DNA from: Trueperaceae bacterium
GTDB lineage: Bacteria > Deinococcota > Deinococci > Deinococcales > Trueperaceae
DNA length: 64,000 nucleotides
Direction: 5' to 3'
Assembly (NCBI GenBank): GCA_965213925.1
Contig: OZ243927.1
Location: 3,456,001 to 3,520,000 of the forward strand
This document shows positions 53,468 to 64,000 of the stretch, in pieces. The notes beneath the pieces were generated by a model. The model saw only the letters and a list, made by a program, of their open reading frames with translations. It was not told where the DNA came from and did not search any database. Every line of letters starts with the position of its first letter. Within the stretch, counting starts at the first letter, position 1. A program made the translations under genes and the position numbers.

Positions 53468-54481
53468 ATGATTGAACGACTTTATCTCGCCAAACCCAGG
53501 GGCTTTTGTGCCGGGGTGGTCATGGCGATCCAGGCAGTGGAAGAGGCGGCGGACGAACTAAAAGAGAAGGAAGAGGGCTTGGCGGTCTACCACGCGATTG
53601 TTCACAACAACACGGTAGTGAATCGGCTGGAAGAGGGGCGCGGCGTGCAGTTCGTGGAGGATTTGCGCGAGTTAGAGGGTGTGAAAGCTAAAGCCGAAGC
53701 CGAGGGGCGCACCCTCGCGGATACGGTCGTCTTCAGTGCGCACGGCATCAGCCCGAAAGTGCGCGAGGAAGCGGCGGCGCTGGGGCTCGCGACGATCGAC
53801 GCGACGTGCCCTTTAGTCACGAAAGTGCACTCGGAGTCGAAGAAGTACGCCCGCGAGGGCTATCACATCCTCTTAATCGGCGACTCGACCCAGCACCAAG
53901 AGGTCATCGGCACGAAAGGCGAAGCGCCCCACGTCACGACGGTGGTGAGCGTCGTCGGCAACCGCAAGAGCGACCCGGACCTCGCCGACCCGCACACCGT
54001 CAGCGTGCCCGACCCAGACAAAGTTGTGGTGCTCACGCAAACAACGCTCTCTGTCGATGACGTAGGTAAAACCATCGACATCTTGAAAGAACGCTTCCCC
54101 GCGCTCGTCATCCCGCCCTCCGATGACCTCTGCTACGCCACGAAAAACCGCCAAGACGCGGTCAAGAATATCGCGCCGCACGTCGACCTCTTCCTCGTCG
54201 TGACGAGTGACTATTCCTCTAATGGGATGCGGCTTTTGGACCTCGCGCAAGACCTCTGTGGCAACGCCAAGCGCATCGAGAGCGTGGCGGATATTGAGGA
54301 GTCGTGGTTGGAGGGCGTGCGCTCAGTCGGCATCACCTCGGCGGCGTCCACACCTGACGATTTGGTGCAGGACATCGTGACGTTCTTTCGGGCGCGGAAT
54401 AAGGACCTAAAGCTTGTCGAAGAGGGCGAGTGGGAGAACATCACCTTTCGCAAGCCGAAGCGCGTGCCTGCACCCGCATGA
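53468..54481 (+). CDS. ispH: 4-hydroxy-3-methylbut-2-enyl diphosphate reductase
   Basis: [30 protein letters not shown]. Confidence 0.96.
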   Translation: MIERLYLAKPRGFCAGVVMAIQAVEEAADELKEKEEGLAVYHAIVHNNTVVNRLEEGRGVQFVEDLRELEGVKAKAEAEGRTLADTVVFSAHGISPKVREEAAALGLATIDATCPLVTKVHSESKKYAREGYHILLIGDSTQHQEVIGTKGEAPHVTTVVSVVGNRKSDPDLADPHTVSVPDPDKVVVLTQTTLSVDDVGKTIDILKERFPALVIPPSDDLCYATKNRQDAVKNIAPHVDLFLVVTSDYSSNGMRLLDLAQDLCGNAKRIESVADIEESWLEGVRSVGITSAASTPDDLVQDIVTFFRARNKDLKLVEEGEWENITFRKPKRVPAPA

Positions 54482-54594
54482 GGACGATGCGAGTAGCGTC
54501 TGGCTGCCAGATCACCTCGAGCGTAGCCCCTTCCTCTGCCGTGACCACCTCGAGCCCGACCCGCTAGCCCTCGCGTAGCGCATTGACGAGACCC

Positions 54595-55428
54595 TCAAGG
54601 TAAGCGGCTGACCTGCAAGACAGCTTGTGCGCCCGTGACCGTCAGTAGCCCCTGCCAGCGCCCGCTTTCAGCCTCGAGGGTGACCTCTGCTTGCCTGGCG
54701 GCCGTTAGCGGTACGGGGTTGCCCTCTTCGTCGGTAAGGGCAACTTCCGGCTCGACCTCTTCAGTTTGTTCCTTTTCAGCGACGCGCCAGCCCTGCGCTT
54801 TAAGCTGCTCAGCAAAGTGACCGAAAAGCTCTGCCGCGCTCAGCCTCGTACCGAAACTGGCGTTCGCCTGGAAAGAGGTACCGCTCTGGCTCAACCCGCC
54901 GCCGTAGGAAAGGACGCCTGCAGGAAAGGTCAGGCTCGGCAGCGGCAGAGAGATACCTTCAGCGTCATTACAGTAAGGATTGACATTGACGAGGACGAGC
55001 AGCGCGCCTTCGGCGAGCGTGTCCGTTTCAAAATAAACTTCAGACGACCTATCCGGGCTACAGAAGTCGGTGAGCGGCTCGCGCTCGTTCCCCGAAGCTT
55101 GAAAAACTTTTGGACCGGCGAAGGGGTCATACCCCCGCCACCCTGCGGCGAGAAAGGCGTCTTCGAACCTTTGTAGACTCGCTTCCCGATTTCCCTGAAC
55201 TTCCAGCGCGGCTACTGCGCGGTCTTCGCCGATGGTGGCGCTGCCGAGCACTCGAGCCTCAGCGGGAAGCGGCAAGTTCAGACTGTCCGGCAGTTGCTCA
55301 GGTAAAAAGGTGACCGCTTCGCCCTCGCCAAGTAGGAGTTCGGCGAGGCGTTCTACGCTCACCGGCGTCTCTTGAGCGAACACCCAAGCGAGCGAACAGA
55401 GTAAAGTGAAAAGCAAGCGGCGCTTCAT
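54595..55428 (-). CDS. Secreted hypothetical protein
   Basis: Signal peptide MKRRLLF...VFAQ with GGAGG RBS. Confidence 0.7.
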   Translation of the reverse strand: MKRRLLFTLLCSLAWVFAQETPVSVERLAELLLGEGEAVTFLPEQLPDSLNLPLPAEARVLGSATIGEDRAVAALEVQGNREASLQRFEDAFLAAGWRGYDPFAGPKVFQASGNEREPLTDFCSPDRSSEVYFETDTLAEGALLVLVNVNPYCNDAEGISLPLPSLTFPAGVLSYGGGLSQSGTSFQANASFGTRLSAAELFGHFAEQLKAQGWRVAEKEQTEEVEPEVALTDEEGNPVPLTAARQAEVTLEAESGRWQGLLTVTGAQAVLQVSRLP

Positions 55429-55509
55429 ACGTCCTCCGAGTTTTTGGCGCTGGAATGAGTGAGGATTTGCAGAAAGACGCTGCTGTCTACAACCACTTAA
55501 CCTCACTCA

Positions 55510-55737
55510 TCAAAAACCGAGCAGTTCTTCTTGTTCTTCTTCAGAGGGAGCGTGACCATGTTCGGCTTCGCTCAGGTTCGGCCAGACGACTGCTTGTAAC
55601 CACTCGAGCGTGCGCACGCTTCTAGCTTCTGCCTTTAACGCTTGCAAACGCGCCTCGACTTTGGTTTCGCCCGTCTGCTTGGTGGTGTCCTCGAGGAGCG
55701 CAGCTAGGTGGTCACTCTTTAGATTGACCTGCTTCAC
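55510..55737 (-). CDS. VapB-like antitoxin (Rv0623 type), no toxin adjacent
   Basis: N(L/I)K....TGETK.EA and EEQEELLGF pattern. Confidence 0.55.
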   Translation of the reverse strand: MKQVNLKSDHLAALLEDTTKQTGETKVEARLQALKAEARSVRTLEWLQAVVWPNLSEAEHGHAPSEEEQEELLGF

Positions 55738-55805
55738 GGCAACATAGTAGCAGATTTTCTACCATGCGCATTGGTAGTGAGCGTTCTGTAAAGTAAGATA
55801 AAAGC

Positions 55806-56012
55806 ATGAAGAGTCTAATCACCATCGTTGAAGCGTTGCCGCCGGAATTGCAGACGAGGGTATATGAGTATGCGCTGTCACTTCAAAAGATATCTCTGCC
55901 CCAGGATCAACCGCTTATTCTCGATATGCATAAAGGCGCACTGAAGACCGCGGAAGATTTTGACGAACCTTTGCCCGACTCTTTCTGGCTTGGCGAAGCA
56001 TTTCAACTTTGA
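55806..56012 (+). CDS. DUF2281-like antitoxin, no toxin adjacent
   Basis: LPPELQ..V and EDFDEPLPDSFW. Confidence 0.6.
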   Translation: MKSLITIVEALPPELQTRVYEYALSLQKISLPQDQPLILDMHKGALKTAEDFDEPLPDSFWLGEAFQL

Positions 56013-56158
56013 TCAAAAGCGGTTTTGTACGAGTACTTAGAATTTGTAGCTCAATACAGAGCCTGTTTGTAAAAAACTTCACATCTATGTATTAATTTGT
56101 GTCTTTACAGTTGTTACCGGTTCTCTAATTTGCAACTTAGCTGATATGTTTATATGTA

Positions 56159-57391
56159 ATGAGTGCACAAGATTTATTCGGACTTGCCAGAGAACAAAAG
56201 TTGCTCGCTGCAGGAGTAAGAAAAGTTTTTACACCTCACGAGCCCATACGGAGTCAAAGTCTGTTCTTTGGTAGACAACGTGAAGTTCAAAGTCTTATTG
56301 AGCAATTGAATACTCCTGGACAACATGCTCTTCTCTTTGGAGATAGAGGTGTAGGTAAAAGTTCCCTTGCCAATGTAGCTGCGGACCTAATTTTAGGAGC
56401 CCTGAGCGGCAAAGTGATCAAAAAAAGATGCGATAGCACTGACTCTTTCAAGTCAGTTGTTCAAAAGGCATTACATGAAGTAGGGGTAAATATCTATACC
56501 GCGAATACTGAAACTGCGAAAAGAGAAGGAGGTAGTGCGGGACTCAATCTTGGAATTGCGAGAGAAAACCTAAATGCCGAAACGACTCAAAGAGTTTCTG
56601 AAGTGGGACTAGAAGCGAGAGCCGGTTCTCCCAGTTGGGTTGCATCTCAGATCAAGGGCATTGAAGGATTGTTCTTAATAGATGAGGTCGACGTTCTTAG
56701 AAGTAGAGAAGATAAATACAAAATTGCCGAGTTAGTTAAACAACTAAGCGATGAAGGTTCCTCCCTCAAGTTACTTTTGGTCGGCATAGCTGAAACTGCA
56801 GTTGAGTTGACTGCAGGACATAATTCTGTACAAAGATGTTTGAAAGAAACTAAATTAGGTCGGATGCGTAAAGAAGAGCTTGAGGCGATTATTGAAGGCG
56901 GACAAAGACAAGTAGACCTTCAATTTAGCCGAAACGCGATTTCAAAAATTACGGCAGTCAGTTCTGGCTATCCACATTTCACTCATCTACTAGCTCTCAA
57001 AGCAGCGGAAGATGCTATTGCAGAAGATAGATCATATATACATGCTTCCCATGTTGTAGATGCAACAAATAGAGCTGTTGATGATGCAGAAGGTACGCTG
57101 AAAAGCGCATATCAGAACGCAATCAGGTCAAGCTCAGACGAATATAGGAAAATACTTTTAGCTGCTGCACAACATACCGATGAGGAAATAACTGCAACAG
57201 GACTACGTGAAAAATATTCAGTAATTTGGAAAGAAAACATTTCGCAGAATGCCCTTAATAACTACTTCCAGAGACTTGTTTCAAACGACGAAAGCGCTAT
57301 TTTGAGAAGATTAGCACAGGGCGTATACAAATTTACCGATCCAAGAATGCCTAGTTTCATTCGAATAGCAAACCTACCAGAAACTGAATAA
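56159..57391 (+). CDS. AAA+/P-loop ATPase with probable C-terminal wHTH; AT-rich
   Basis: FFGR..E, GDRGVGKSS, FLIDEVD, GYPHFTHLL. Confidence 0.85.
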   Translation: MSAQDLFGLAREQKLLAAGVRKVFTPHEPIRSQSLFFGRQREVQSLIEQLNTPGQHALLFGDRGVGKSSLANVAADLILGALSGKVIKKRCDSTDSFKSVVQKALHEVGVNIYTANTETAKREGGSAGLNLGIARENLNAETTQRVSEVGLEARAGSPSWVASQIKGIEGLFLIDEVDVLRSREDKYKIAELVKQLSDEGSSLKLLLVGIAETAVELTAGHNSVQRCLKETKLGRMRKEELEAIIEGGQRQVDLQFSRNAISKITAVSSGYPHFTHLLALKAAEDAIAEDRSYIHASHVVDATNRAVDDAEGTLKSAYQNAIRSSSDEYRKILLAAAQHTDEEITATGLREKYSVIWKENISQNALNNYFQRLVSNDESAILRRLAQGVYKFTDPRMPSFIRIANLPETE

Positions 57392-57502
57392 GTCTTTAGT
57401 GAGCAGACACAATCTAAACTCCATCAACTCCCAAAACTTCACCCCACCTCCCTTTCCAACCTCCTCCCAAAACGCTATGCTCAACCAAAAGGGAGGATAA
57501 CC

Positions 57503-59152
57503 ATGAACCCAACCGACTATGCAGGTAAACGCGCCCCAGCCGAACTCCTCACCAACATCCCCCGCCTCGTCTCCGCCTACTATACCCGCCACCCCGACCC
57601 GAGCAGCGACGGCGAGCGAATCTCCTTCGGCACTTCGGGGCACCGGGGCACGTCTTTGGAGAACTCGTTTAATGAGGAGCACATCTTGGCGGTCTGCCAG
57701 GCGCTCTGCGAGCACCGGCAGGCGCAGGGCATCACGGGACCTCTTTATGTCGGCATGGACACGCACGCACTCTCCGAGGCGGCGCTCTCGACGGCGCTGG
57801 AGGTCTTCGCCGCGAACAAGGTGGAGACGATGATTCAAGCCGGGCTCGGCTACACGCCCACGCCGGCTATCTCCCACGCGATTTTGACCTATAACAAGGA
57901 CCGAACGGACGGTCTCGCGGACGGCGTCGTGATCACGCCTTCGCACAACCCGCCAACGGACGGCGGCTTCAAGTACAACCCGCCCTCGGGCGGACCTGCG
58001 GGAACGGACATCACTAGCAGCATCGAGTCACGGGCGAACGGCATTTTGCAAGGCGGTCTGAAAGAGGGCTTGCGCGTCCCGTACCAGAAGGCGCTGCGGG
58101 CAGAGACGACGCACGAGTACGACTACATCACGCCTTATGTGAACGACCTAGAGAACGTCGTGGATATGCAAGCGATTAGAGACGCCGGGCTCAAGATCGG
58201 CGTAGACCCGATGGGCGGAGCGGGCGTCGCGTACTGGGAGCCCATCGCGGAGCGCTACGGGCTTGACTTAGAGGTCGTCAACCGGCACGTTGACCCGACC
58301 TTTTCCTTTATGACGGTGGACAAAGACGGCAAAATTCGCATGGACTGCTCCTCGCCTTACGCGATGGCAAGTTTAATTGACCTCAAGGACAAATTCGATA
58401 TTGCGTTTGGGAATGACCCCGACTTCGATAGGCACGGCATCGTCACTCGCGCGGGGCTGATGAATCCGAATCACTTCTTAGCGGTTTCAGTGTGGTACCT
58501 CTTTCAGAACCGACCGGAGTGGCAAGAGGACGCGGCAGTGGGCAAGACGCTGGTCTCGAGTTCGATGATCGACCGCGTCGCGTCGCACTTAGGGCGTCCG
58601 CTAGCGGAGGTTCCGGTCGGCTTCAAGTGGTTTGTGGACGGTTTAGTCGATGGCTCTTACGGTTTCGGCGGCGAAGAGAGCGCGGGCGCGTCCTTCTTGC
58701 GCAAGGACGGGACGGTCTGGACGACGGACAAAGACGGCATCATCATGGACCTCTTGGCGGCGGAAATCACCGCGAAAACAGGGCGGGACCCGGCGGAGCA
58801 CTACGAAGACTTAAAAGAGCAGTTCGGCTCACCTGTCTATGAGCGCATCGACGCGCCCGCTACGGACGAGCAAAAGGCGGTTCTCAAGGACCTCTCGCCC
58901 GAACAGATCGAGGCGAACGAGCTTGCGGGCGAAGAGATTACAGACAAGCTCACCAAAGCGCCGGGGAACGGCGCGGCGATTGGCGGGCTCAAAGTAGTCA
59001 CAGAGAACGGCTGGTTCGCGGCGCGCCCTTCGGGGACGGAGGATATCTATAAGATTTATGCGGAGAGCTTTAAGGGCGAAGACCATCTCAAGAAGCTGCA
59101 AGACGAGGCGCAGGACATCGTCAAAGCGGCGTTTCAAGCGGCGGGCGTGTAA
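57503..59152 (+). CDS. pgm: Phosphoglucomutase
   Basis: [27 protein letters not shown]. Confidence 0.96.
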   Translation: MNPTDYAGKRAPAELLTNIPRLVSAYYTRHPDPSSDGERISFGTSGHRGTSLENSFNEEHILAVCQALCEHRQAQGITGPLYVGMDTHALSEAALSTALEVFAANKVETMIQAGLGYTPTPAISHAILTYNKDRTDGLADGVVITPSHNPPTDGGFKYNPPSGGPAGTDITSSIESRANGILQGGLKEGLRVPYQKALRAETTHEYDYITPYVNDLENVVDMQAIRDAGLKIGVDPMGGAGVAYWEPIAERYGLDLEVVNRHVDPTFSFMTVDKDGKIRMDCSSPYAMASLIDLKDKFDIAFGNDPDFDRHGIVTRAGLMNPNHFLAVSVWYLFQNRPEWQEDAAVGKTLVSSSMIDRVASHLGRPLAEVPVGFKWFVDGLVDGSYGFGGEESAGASFLRKDGTVWTTDKDGIIMDLLAAEITAKTGRDPAEHYEDLKEQFGSPVYERIDAPATDEQKAVLKDLSPEQIEANELAGEEITDKLTKAPGNGAAIGGLKVVTENGWFAARPSGTEDIYKIYAESFKGEDHLKKLQDEAQDIVKAAFQAAGV

Positions 59153-59292
59153 AGACTCGGTACGTTAGGAACAAGAGAGAAAAGACATACGATATTATGC
59201 GAACTCGAGACACCATAAAGCCTCCCTCGCTGAGCCTAGTGAACCGATGTCAGCAGACGTTCACGTGCCTCTAAGCACGTTAAGTTAGAGGG

Positions 59293-60447
59293 GTGTCTCT
59301 CCCTACAATTGCGCTGAATGCGAAGCTCGAGCCCGCCCTCTTGTCCGGTCACCCCTGGGTCTACCGCAACCACCTCCCTAGGCATTCTCTCGCTACGGGA
59401 GACTGGGTGCGCGTGGAGGCAGGTAACGCACACGCCATTGGGCTCTACGACGACGAAAGCGCCATCGCGTTACGGCTCTTTAGCGGTGCGCAGGTGCCGG
59501 ATAGAGCGTTTGTCGAGGCGAGGGTCGAAGATGCGCTCGCCTTACGCGGGGCGTTCATCGACCAAGAGGTCACGAACGCTTGCCGCCTCCTCTTCGGCGA
59601 AGGGGACTTTTTGCCAGGCGTCACAGTTGACCTCTACGAGCGCTACGCGGTGCTGCAAACTTACGCAAAGAGCGTAGAGGTCATCGTGCCGGATGTCGTC
59701 AAAGCGCTCAGCAAGCACCTCAAGTTGAGAGGTATCGTTCAGAAAACGCCGCACGGCTTAGACGTACTTTATGGCAGACTCCCGCCACCCGAGCTGACCG
59801 TCAAAGAGAACGGTTTAGACCTCATCGCCAACCTTTTCGAAGGGCAGAAGACCGGACTTTTTTTAGACCACCGCGACAATAGGTCCGCCTTGGAGCACGT
59901 CTGCAAAGATAGGAGTGTCCTCAACCTCTTCTCGTACACGGGCGCGTTTTCGCTCTACGCGGCGCGGGGCGGCGCGGCGCAGGTAACGAGTGTGGACGTG
60001 GCGGACGCGGCAAACAAGGACGCGGCGCGCAACTTCGCGATGAACGGTTTCGATCCTGATCAGCACGACTTCGTGACGGCGGATTGCTTCGAGTTGCTCG
60101 AGACCTACGCTAAAGAGAAGCGCCGGTTCGACGTAGTTGTACTGGACCCGCCCTCGCTAGCCCGCAACAAAAAGAGCAAGTTCGCCGCCCTTCGCGCCTA
60201 TAAAAAGCTCAACACTTCCGCGCTCAGATGCGTGAAACCGGGGGGGCTTCTGGCGAGCGCGAGCTGCACCTCGCAGGTGTCGCCGGAGGATTTCAAAGGG
60301 GTCTTGGGGGACGCCGCTGGTGACGCAAATATCCGGTTGCAAATCGTCCACGAAGCCGGGCACGCGCCCGACCATCCCGTTCCCGCGACCTTCCCCGAGG
60401 GGCGCTACCTCAAGTTTGTGATGGGGCGCTCCCTACGGGCGGCGTGA
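59293..60447 (+). CDS. RlmI-family SAM-dependent rRNA methyltransferase
   Basis: GHPWVY, GQKTGLFLD, NLFSYTG, LDPP, SC, YLK. Confidence 0.9.
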   Translation: MSLPTIALNAKLEPALLSGHPWVYRNHLPRHSLATGDWVRVEAGNAHAIGLYDDESAIALRLFSGAQVPDRAFVEARVEDALALRGAFIDQEVTNACRLLFGEGDFLPGVTVDLYERYAVLQTYAKSVEVIVPDVVKALSKHLKLRGIVQKTPHGLDVLYGRLPPPELTVKENGLDLIANLFEGQKTGLFLDHRDNRSALEHVCKDRSVLNLFSYTGAFSLYAARGGAAQVTSVDVADAANKDAARNFAMNGFDPDQHDFVTADCFELLETYAKEKRRFDVVVLDPPSLARNKKSKFAALRAYKKLNTSALRCVKPGGLLASASCTSQVSPEDFKGVLGDAAGDANIRLQIVHEAGHAPDHPVPATFPEGRYLKFVMGRSLRAA

Positions 60448-61321
60448 CCTTTTGGTCAAACCTGGTCATCTGGCGCTCTAGCCACTCGAGCGTGTCCTCC
60501 AAGGGTCCCTTCTCCGGCTCGTTGAAAAGCTCGTGATAAAAGCCGGGATAGAGCTTTAGGGTTTTATCCTCCGAGAGCGCCGTGTCGTAGAGCATTTGGC
60601 TGCCCACAGCGTCGGCGATTTGGTCCGCGTCACCGTGCATAATGAGTAAAGGCAGGTAGTTGATGTGCTCAGCTCTAGCGAGTACGTAGGGTCCAGCGTT
60701 CAGAAGCTCCGCGCCCATACGCGCCTTCACCTTACCGTGGTAGACGAGCGGGTCACTTTCGTATGCCTGCACGACGCCCTCGTCACGCGACAGCGCCGAC
60801 GTGTCCAGCTCCTGCACGGGCAGGCTAGGACAGTACCGGCTCACGAGGCGCGACGCTCTAAGGAGCAGCGGATGGATTTCAGCGGCGTTTTGGATATACG
60901 CCGCGCTCAAGATGAGCCCGTCCACCTTTTCGGGATGTTCTAGGGCGAGCTGGAGCGCCACCATCCCGCCCATGCTGTGCCCTAGAAGAAAGCGGGGCAC
61001 ATTAGGGTGTGTTTGACGCACGTGCTCGGTGAAGTGCCCTAAATCCATGACAAACTCGCGGAAGACGGCGACGTTAGCGCGCTCCCCTTCACTCTTGCCG
61101 TGACCTCTATGATCATAGGCGTAGACAGCGTAGCCGTTTTCCGTAAGCCGCTCAGCGACGCGCGCGTAGCGCGAGGAATGCTCGGCGTAACCGTGCGCGA
61201 GCACGACGCACGCACGCACGTCAGCGTCGGCTGGATGCGCCGCCTCGGTGGAGGGCAGCCAATGTTGGGTGTAGAGCGTCAGCCCGTCGCTCGTCCTGAA
61301 CGAGCCCGTGGTGTGCTGCAT
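60410..61321 (-). CDS. Lysophospholipase/monoglyceride lipase
   Basis: HGYAEHS, GHSMGG, YHELFNEP. Confidence 0.9.
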   Translation of the reverse strand: MQHTTGSFRTSDGLTLYTQHWLPSTEAAHPADADVRACVVLAHGYAEHSSRYARVAERLTENGYAVYAYDHRGHGKSEGERANVAVFREFVMDLGHFTEHVRQTHPNVPRFLLGHSMGGMVALQLALEHPEKVDGLILSAAYIQNAAEIHPLLLRASRLVSRYCPSLPVQELDTSALSRDEGVVQAYESDPLVYHGKVKARMGAELLNAGPYVLARAEHINYLPLLIMHGDADQIADAVGSQMLYDTALSEDKTLKLYPGFYHELFNEPEKGPLEDTLEWLERQMTRFDQKVTPPVGSAPSQT

Positions 61322-61693
61322 AAGCCCTCCTTGTTGTTGCAGGTAGCATCTTTGCTGCAGGTAGCATCTGGTTAGAAGCGCGCTCGCTGGGTAGAACATG
61401 GCTGAGCCCGAACGTTTATAGATGAGACCTACGGCGCTTTCGTCTCACTGCACTGCGGGTAAACTAGACCTTTGCACATTCAGTTTACCGCACATGAGTA
61501 GGTGATGGGTGAACTCGAGGAGCGTTCTCGGTAAGGAGATATGAAGCCACTTTAGGTCTTGCCGACCGATTATAGACCGTAAAAACGAGCCCAAACGCAT
61601 TCGCACCACGTATATGAACTCTTAATGATGTCGCTTCCAGGACAGATGTACTAAGCTAGAGTCATTCAACGTATCTTATTTAAGGAGGTCTTT

Positions 61694-63148
61694 ATCAAAC
61701 ACATCGTCTTTCTTCTCGGTCTCATGCTCCTGCTCAGCGCCTGCGATGCGGGCGTGGGCGGCGGTTCACCTTCGCCCGGCGCACCAGGCGACGTCGGCGC
61801 GACCCCCGGCGGCGTGCAGGACATGGGCTTCGCCCGCGAACTCGTCGCCAACGGTCAGGTCCCGCCTCCCGAAGCGCTCGTGGTCGAGGGGATGTTCTCC
61901 GAGCACGACTTGCCTTTAGAGGGCGCGGCGTGCGAGCGGCTCCTCTGCTTGCGCGGCGCGTTGGGCTCCGCCCCGACGTTAGCGGGTGACGCTTCGGGCT
62001 GGTTGCAGGTAGGGCTCTCGTCGAACCTCAACCTGGAGACCTACACCCGCCCGCCCCTCAGCCTAGTCTTTACCGTGGACGTGTCCGGCTCGATGAACTG
62101 GGAATATAGCACGGCGTATAACGAATACCAGACGCCGCTTAAAGTTGCCAAAGCGCAGATGGGAAAGCTCGTGCCGAACTTGAACGCTGAGGATGAAGTC
62201 GCTATCGTCATCTACGGCAGTGAGTCCCGCACCGTGCTGGACTTCACCGCTGGCACCGAGCAAGAGGTCATTTTAGACGCGATCAACGCCTTGGAGAGCG
62301 AAGGCTCAACGAACATGGAGGCGGGGCTTATTACCGCGTACCGCTTGATGCAGGAGGCGAAGGCGGAGAACAGTCAGCGCATAATGGTCTTCACCGACGT
62401 ACAACCGAACGTCGGCGCGACCACCGCCACTGAGTTCGAGACGCTGGTACAGGAGGGAGCCTCCGCGGATGTCGGGCTCACCGTCTTCGGCGTCGGCATC
62501 GGCTTAGGACCGGACGTCATGACGGCGATGAGCAATGTGCGCGGCGGCAACGCCTTTACGCTCTTCGGCAGCCGCGACGTGAACAGGACCTTAGAGGAGG
62601 ACTGGCCCTGGTTGGCGAACCCTATCGCGTATGACCTCACCCTAGAGGTCAACCCCGATGACGCCTTCGAGGTCGCCGAAGGCTACGGCTTCCCCACCGC
62701 CGACAAAGAGGCGAAACTCCAAACGAGCACGGTCTTTCTCTCGAAACGTAAAGGCGCGCTCTTAGTGCGTTTGGAACCTACGGACGAGATGACGGATTTG
62801 GCGGTCTCGGGCTCGCTCAGCTACGAGACGCTGGAGGGTGAAGAGGTCACGGACACGCTCCAAGCCGCGCTGAACGACTCGGATGATTTTACCTTCGCGC
62901 AGCCGAGCGTCGGTAAGACCGTCGCGCTCGCGCTACTGGTCGCAAACGTGAAGGACGCCGCCGAGCTTTACGCTACCGAGCAAGCGTCCGCTGTGACCCT
63001 TATGCGAGCCGCCACCGAACGCTTTAAGGCGGACATAGAGCGCTTGGGGGCGGACGCAGGCACGCTGCAAGACGAAGTGGAGTTTGCAGAGGCGCTACTC
63101 GCCCTGATGGAAGAGGGCGCGGAGCAGGGCACGCTTTACGGTCAGTAA
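61694..63148 (+). CDS. vWA-domain lipoprotein (YfbK-like)
   Basis: LSAC lipobox, [17 protein letters not shown]. Confidence 0.85.
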   Translation: MKHIVFLLGLMLLLSACDAGVGGGSPSPGAPGDVGATPGGVQDMGFARELVANGQVPPPEALVVEGMFSEHDLPLEGAACERLLCLRGALGSAPTLAGDASGWLQVGLSSNLNLETYTRPPLSLVFTVDVSGSMNWEYSTAYNEYQTPLKVAKAQMGKLVPNLNAEDEVAIVIYGSESRTVLDFTAGTEQEVILDAINALESEGSTNMEAGLITAYRLMQEAKAENSQRIMVFTDVQPNVGATTATEFETLVQEGASADVGLTVFGVGIGLGPDVMTAMSNVRGGNAFTLFGSRDVNRTLEEDWPWLANPIAYDLTLEVNPDDAFEVAEGYGFPTADKEAKLQTSTVFLSKRKGALLVRLEPTDEMTDLAVSGSLSYETLEGEEVTDTLQAALNDSDDFTFAQPSVGKTVALALLVANVKDAAELYATEQASAVTLMRAATERFKADIERLGADAGTLQDEVEFAEALLALMEEGAEQGTLYGQ

Positions 63149-63199
63149 AAGTTGAACAGTCGAAGCGCCGATGCACCTCTCGTTTCCCAGCATCCTTCT

Positions 63200-63242
63200 A
63201 AAAAGAGCCTCGAGCACGAAACGTCGTGCTCGAGGCTCTTTT
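63200..63242. terminator. Bidirectional terminator
   Basis: AAAAAGAGCCTCGAGCACGA...TCGTGCTCGAGGCTCTTTT between convergent genes. Confidence 0.85.
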
Positions 63243-63410
63243 ACAGGTTCTATCAGCAATTCCGCGGTACACTGAGACGCTCAAGAGCAGACACCATCCT
63301 ATAAAGTGCGTATCATTGATGAAGTTTTTGCCAGGCGAATCGGTGTTTTGTCAAGTAATTTCTGGCTAGATGATATCTGATGTATCATCAAGACTGACGC
63401 TCTCTCAGGC

Positions 63411-64000
63411 TTACGTCGTCAGCGCGGCGACGCCGGGTAGCGTCTGTCCCTCTAAAAACTCCAGCGACGCGCCGCCCCCTGTCGAGATATGGCTGATCTG
63501 GTCCGCCAACCCCAAAGCGTTGAGCGCCGCCACCGAGTCACCCCCGCCCACGATGGAGTACGCGCCCGAAGACGCGACGCTCTGCGCGATCTCTTTCGTG
63601 CCGCGCTCGAAAGGTGGCGTCTCGAAGACGCCCAAAGGTCCGTTCCAGAAGATGGTCTTCGCGTCCTCTAACACCTCTTGATACGTCGAAACTGCCTCCG
63701 GTCCCGCGTCTAGCCCCATATACCCGTCAGGTATCTCGTCCGACGGGTAGACCTCGGTCTGGACGCCCTCTTCGATCTCCTGTGCGCAGCGGGAGTCCTG
63801 CGGCAAGTGGATCGTCACGCCCTTTTGCTCGGCGCGTTCTAGCACGTCTTTGGCGGTATCTAACTTGTCCTCCTCCACGAGCGACTTGCCGACCTCGCCG
63901 CCTTGCGCTTTGAAGAACGTATACGCCATCGCCCCGCCGATGAGGATGTCGTCGGCTAAATCCAGGAGGTTTTCGATAACGCCGATTTTGTCCGAGACCT
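63411..64000 (-). CDS. pgk: Phosphoglycerate kinase (3' part)
   Basis: [36 protein letters not shown]. Confidence 0.96.
   Translation of the reverse strand, partial: VSDKIGVIENLLDLADDILIGGAMAYTFFKAQGGEVGKSLVEEDKLDTAKDVLERAEQKGVTIHLPQDSRCAQEIEEGVQTEVYPSDEIPDGYMGLDAGPEAVSTYQEVLEDAKTIFWNGPLGVFETPPFERGTKEIAQSVASSGAYSIVGGGDSVAALNALGLADQISHISTGGGASLEFLEGQTLPGVAALTT

Overview
High-GC bacterial window, probably Deinococcota (Truepera-like). This is inferred from gene content, many leaderless-type starts and abundant CTCGAG. It has two parts. (1) Accessory region, 1 to about 35.7 kb: small regulator+enzyme modules, many pseudogenes, a TelA/vWA/PBP-OmpA operon, ISL3 and IS630 remnants, and a nested group II intron pair. 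(2) Core region, about 36-64 kb: dpp/opp ABC genes, dnaX-ybaB-recR, topA, tRNA-Ile, ispH, pgm and a partial pgk. Main observation: eight copies of a 34-bp site punctuate the accessory region. Its consensus is CTTCTGCG-N5-[Y]GCGCGC[R]-N5-CGCAGAAG, with 13-bp inverted arms around an 8-bp spacer whose central GCGCGC is invariant, the same geometry as loxP. The copies sit between self-contained gene modules, and I saw none in the core region. This suggests a recombinase-driven, non-attC gene-cassette array, although no recombinase is encoded in this window. One site is split by an ORF-deleted group IIB intron whose EBS1 is complementary to the site core. That intron is in turn interrupted in catalytic domain V by an intact LtrA-like IIA intron whose EBS1 and EBS2 match domain V. 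Other points: a dnaX -1 frameshift signal in which the long product needs the shift, a TopA tail resembling sigma-70 region 4, and a TAGCA...TGCTA MITE-like repeat family. All calls were made by eye, with no database searches.
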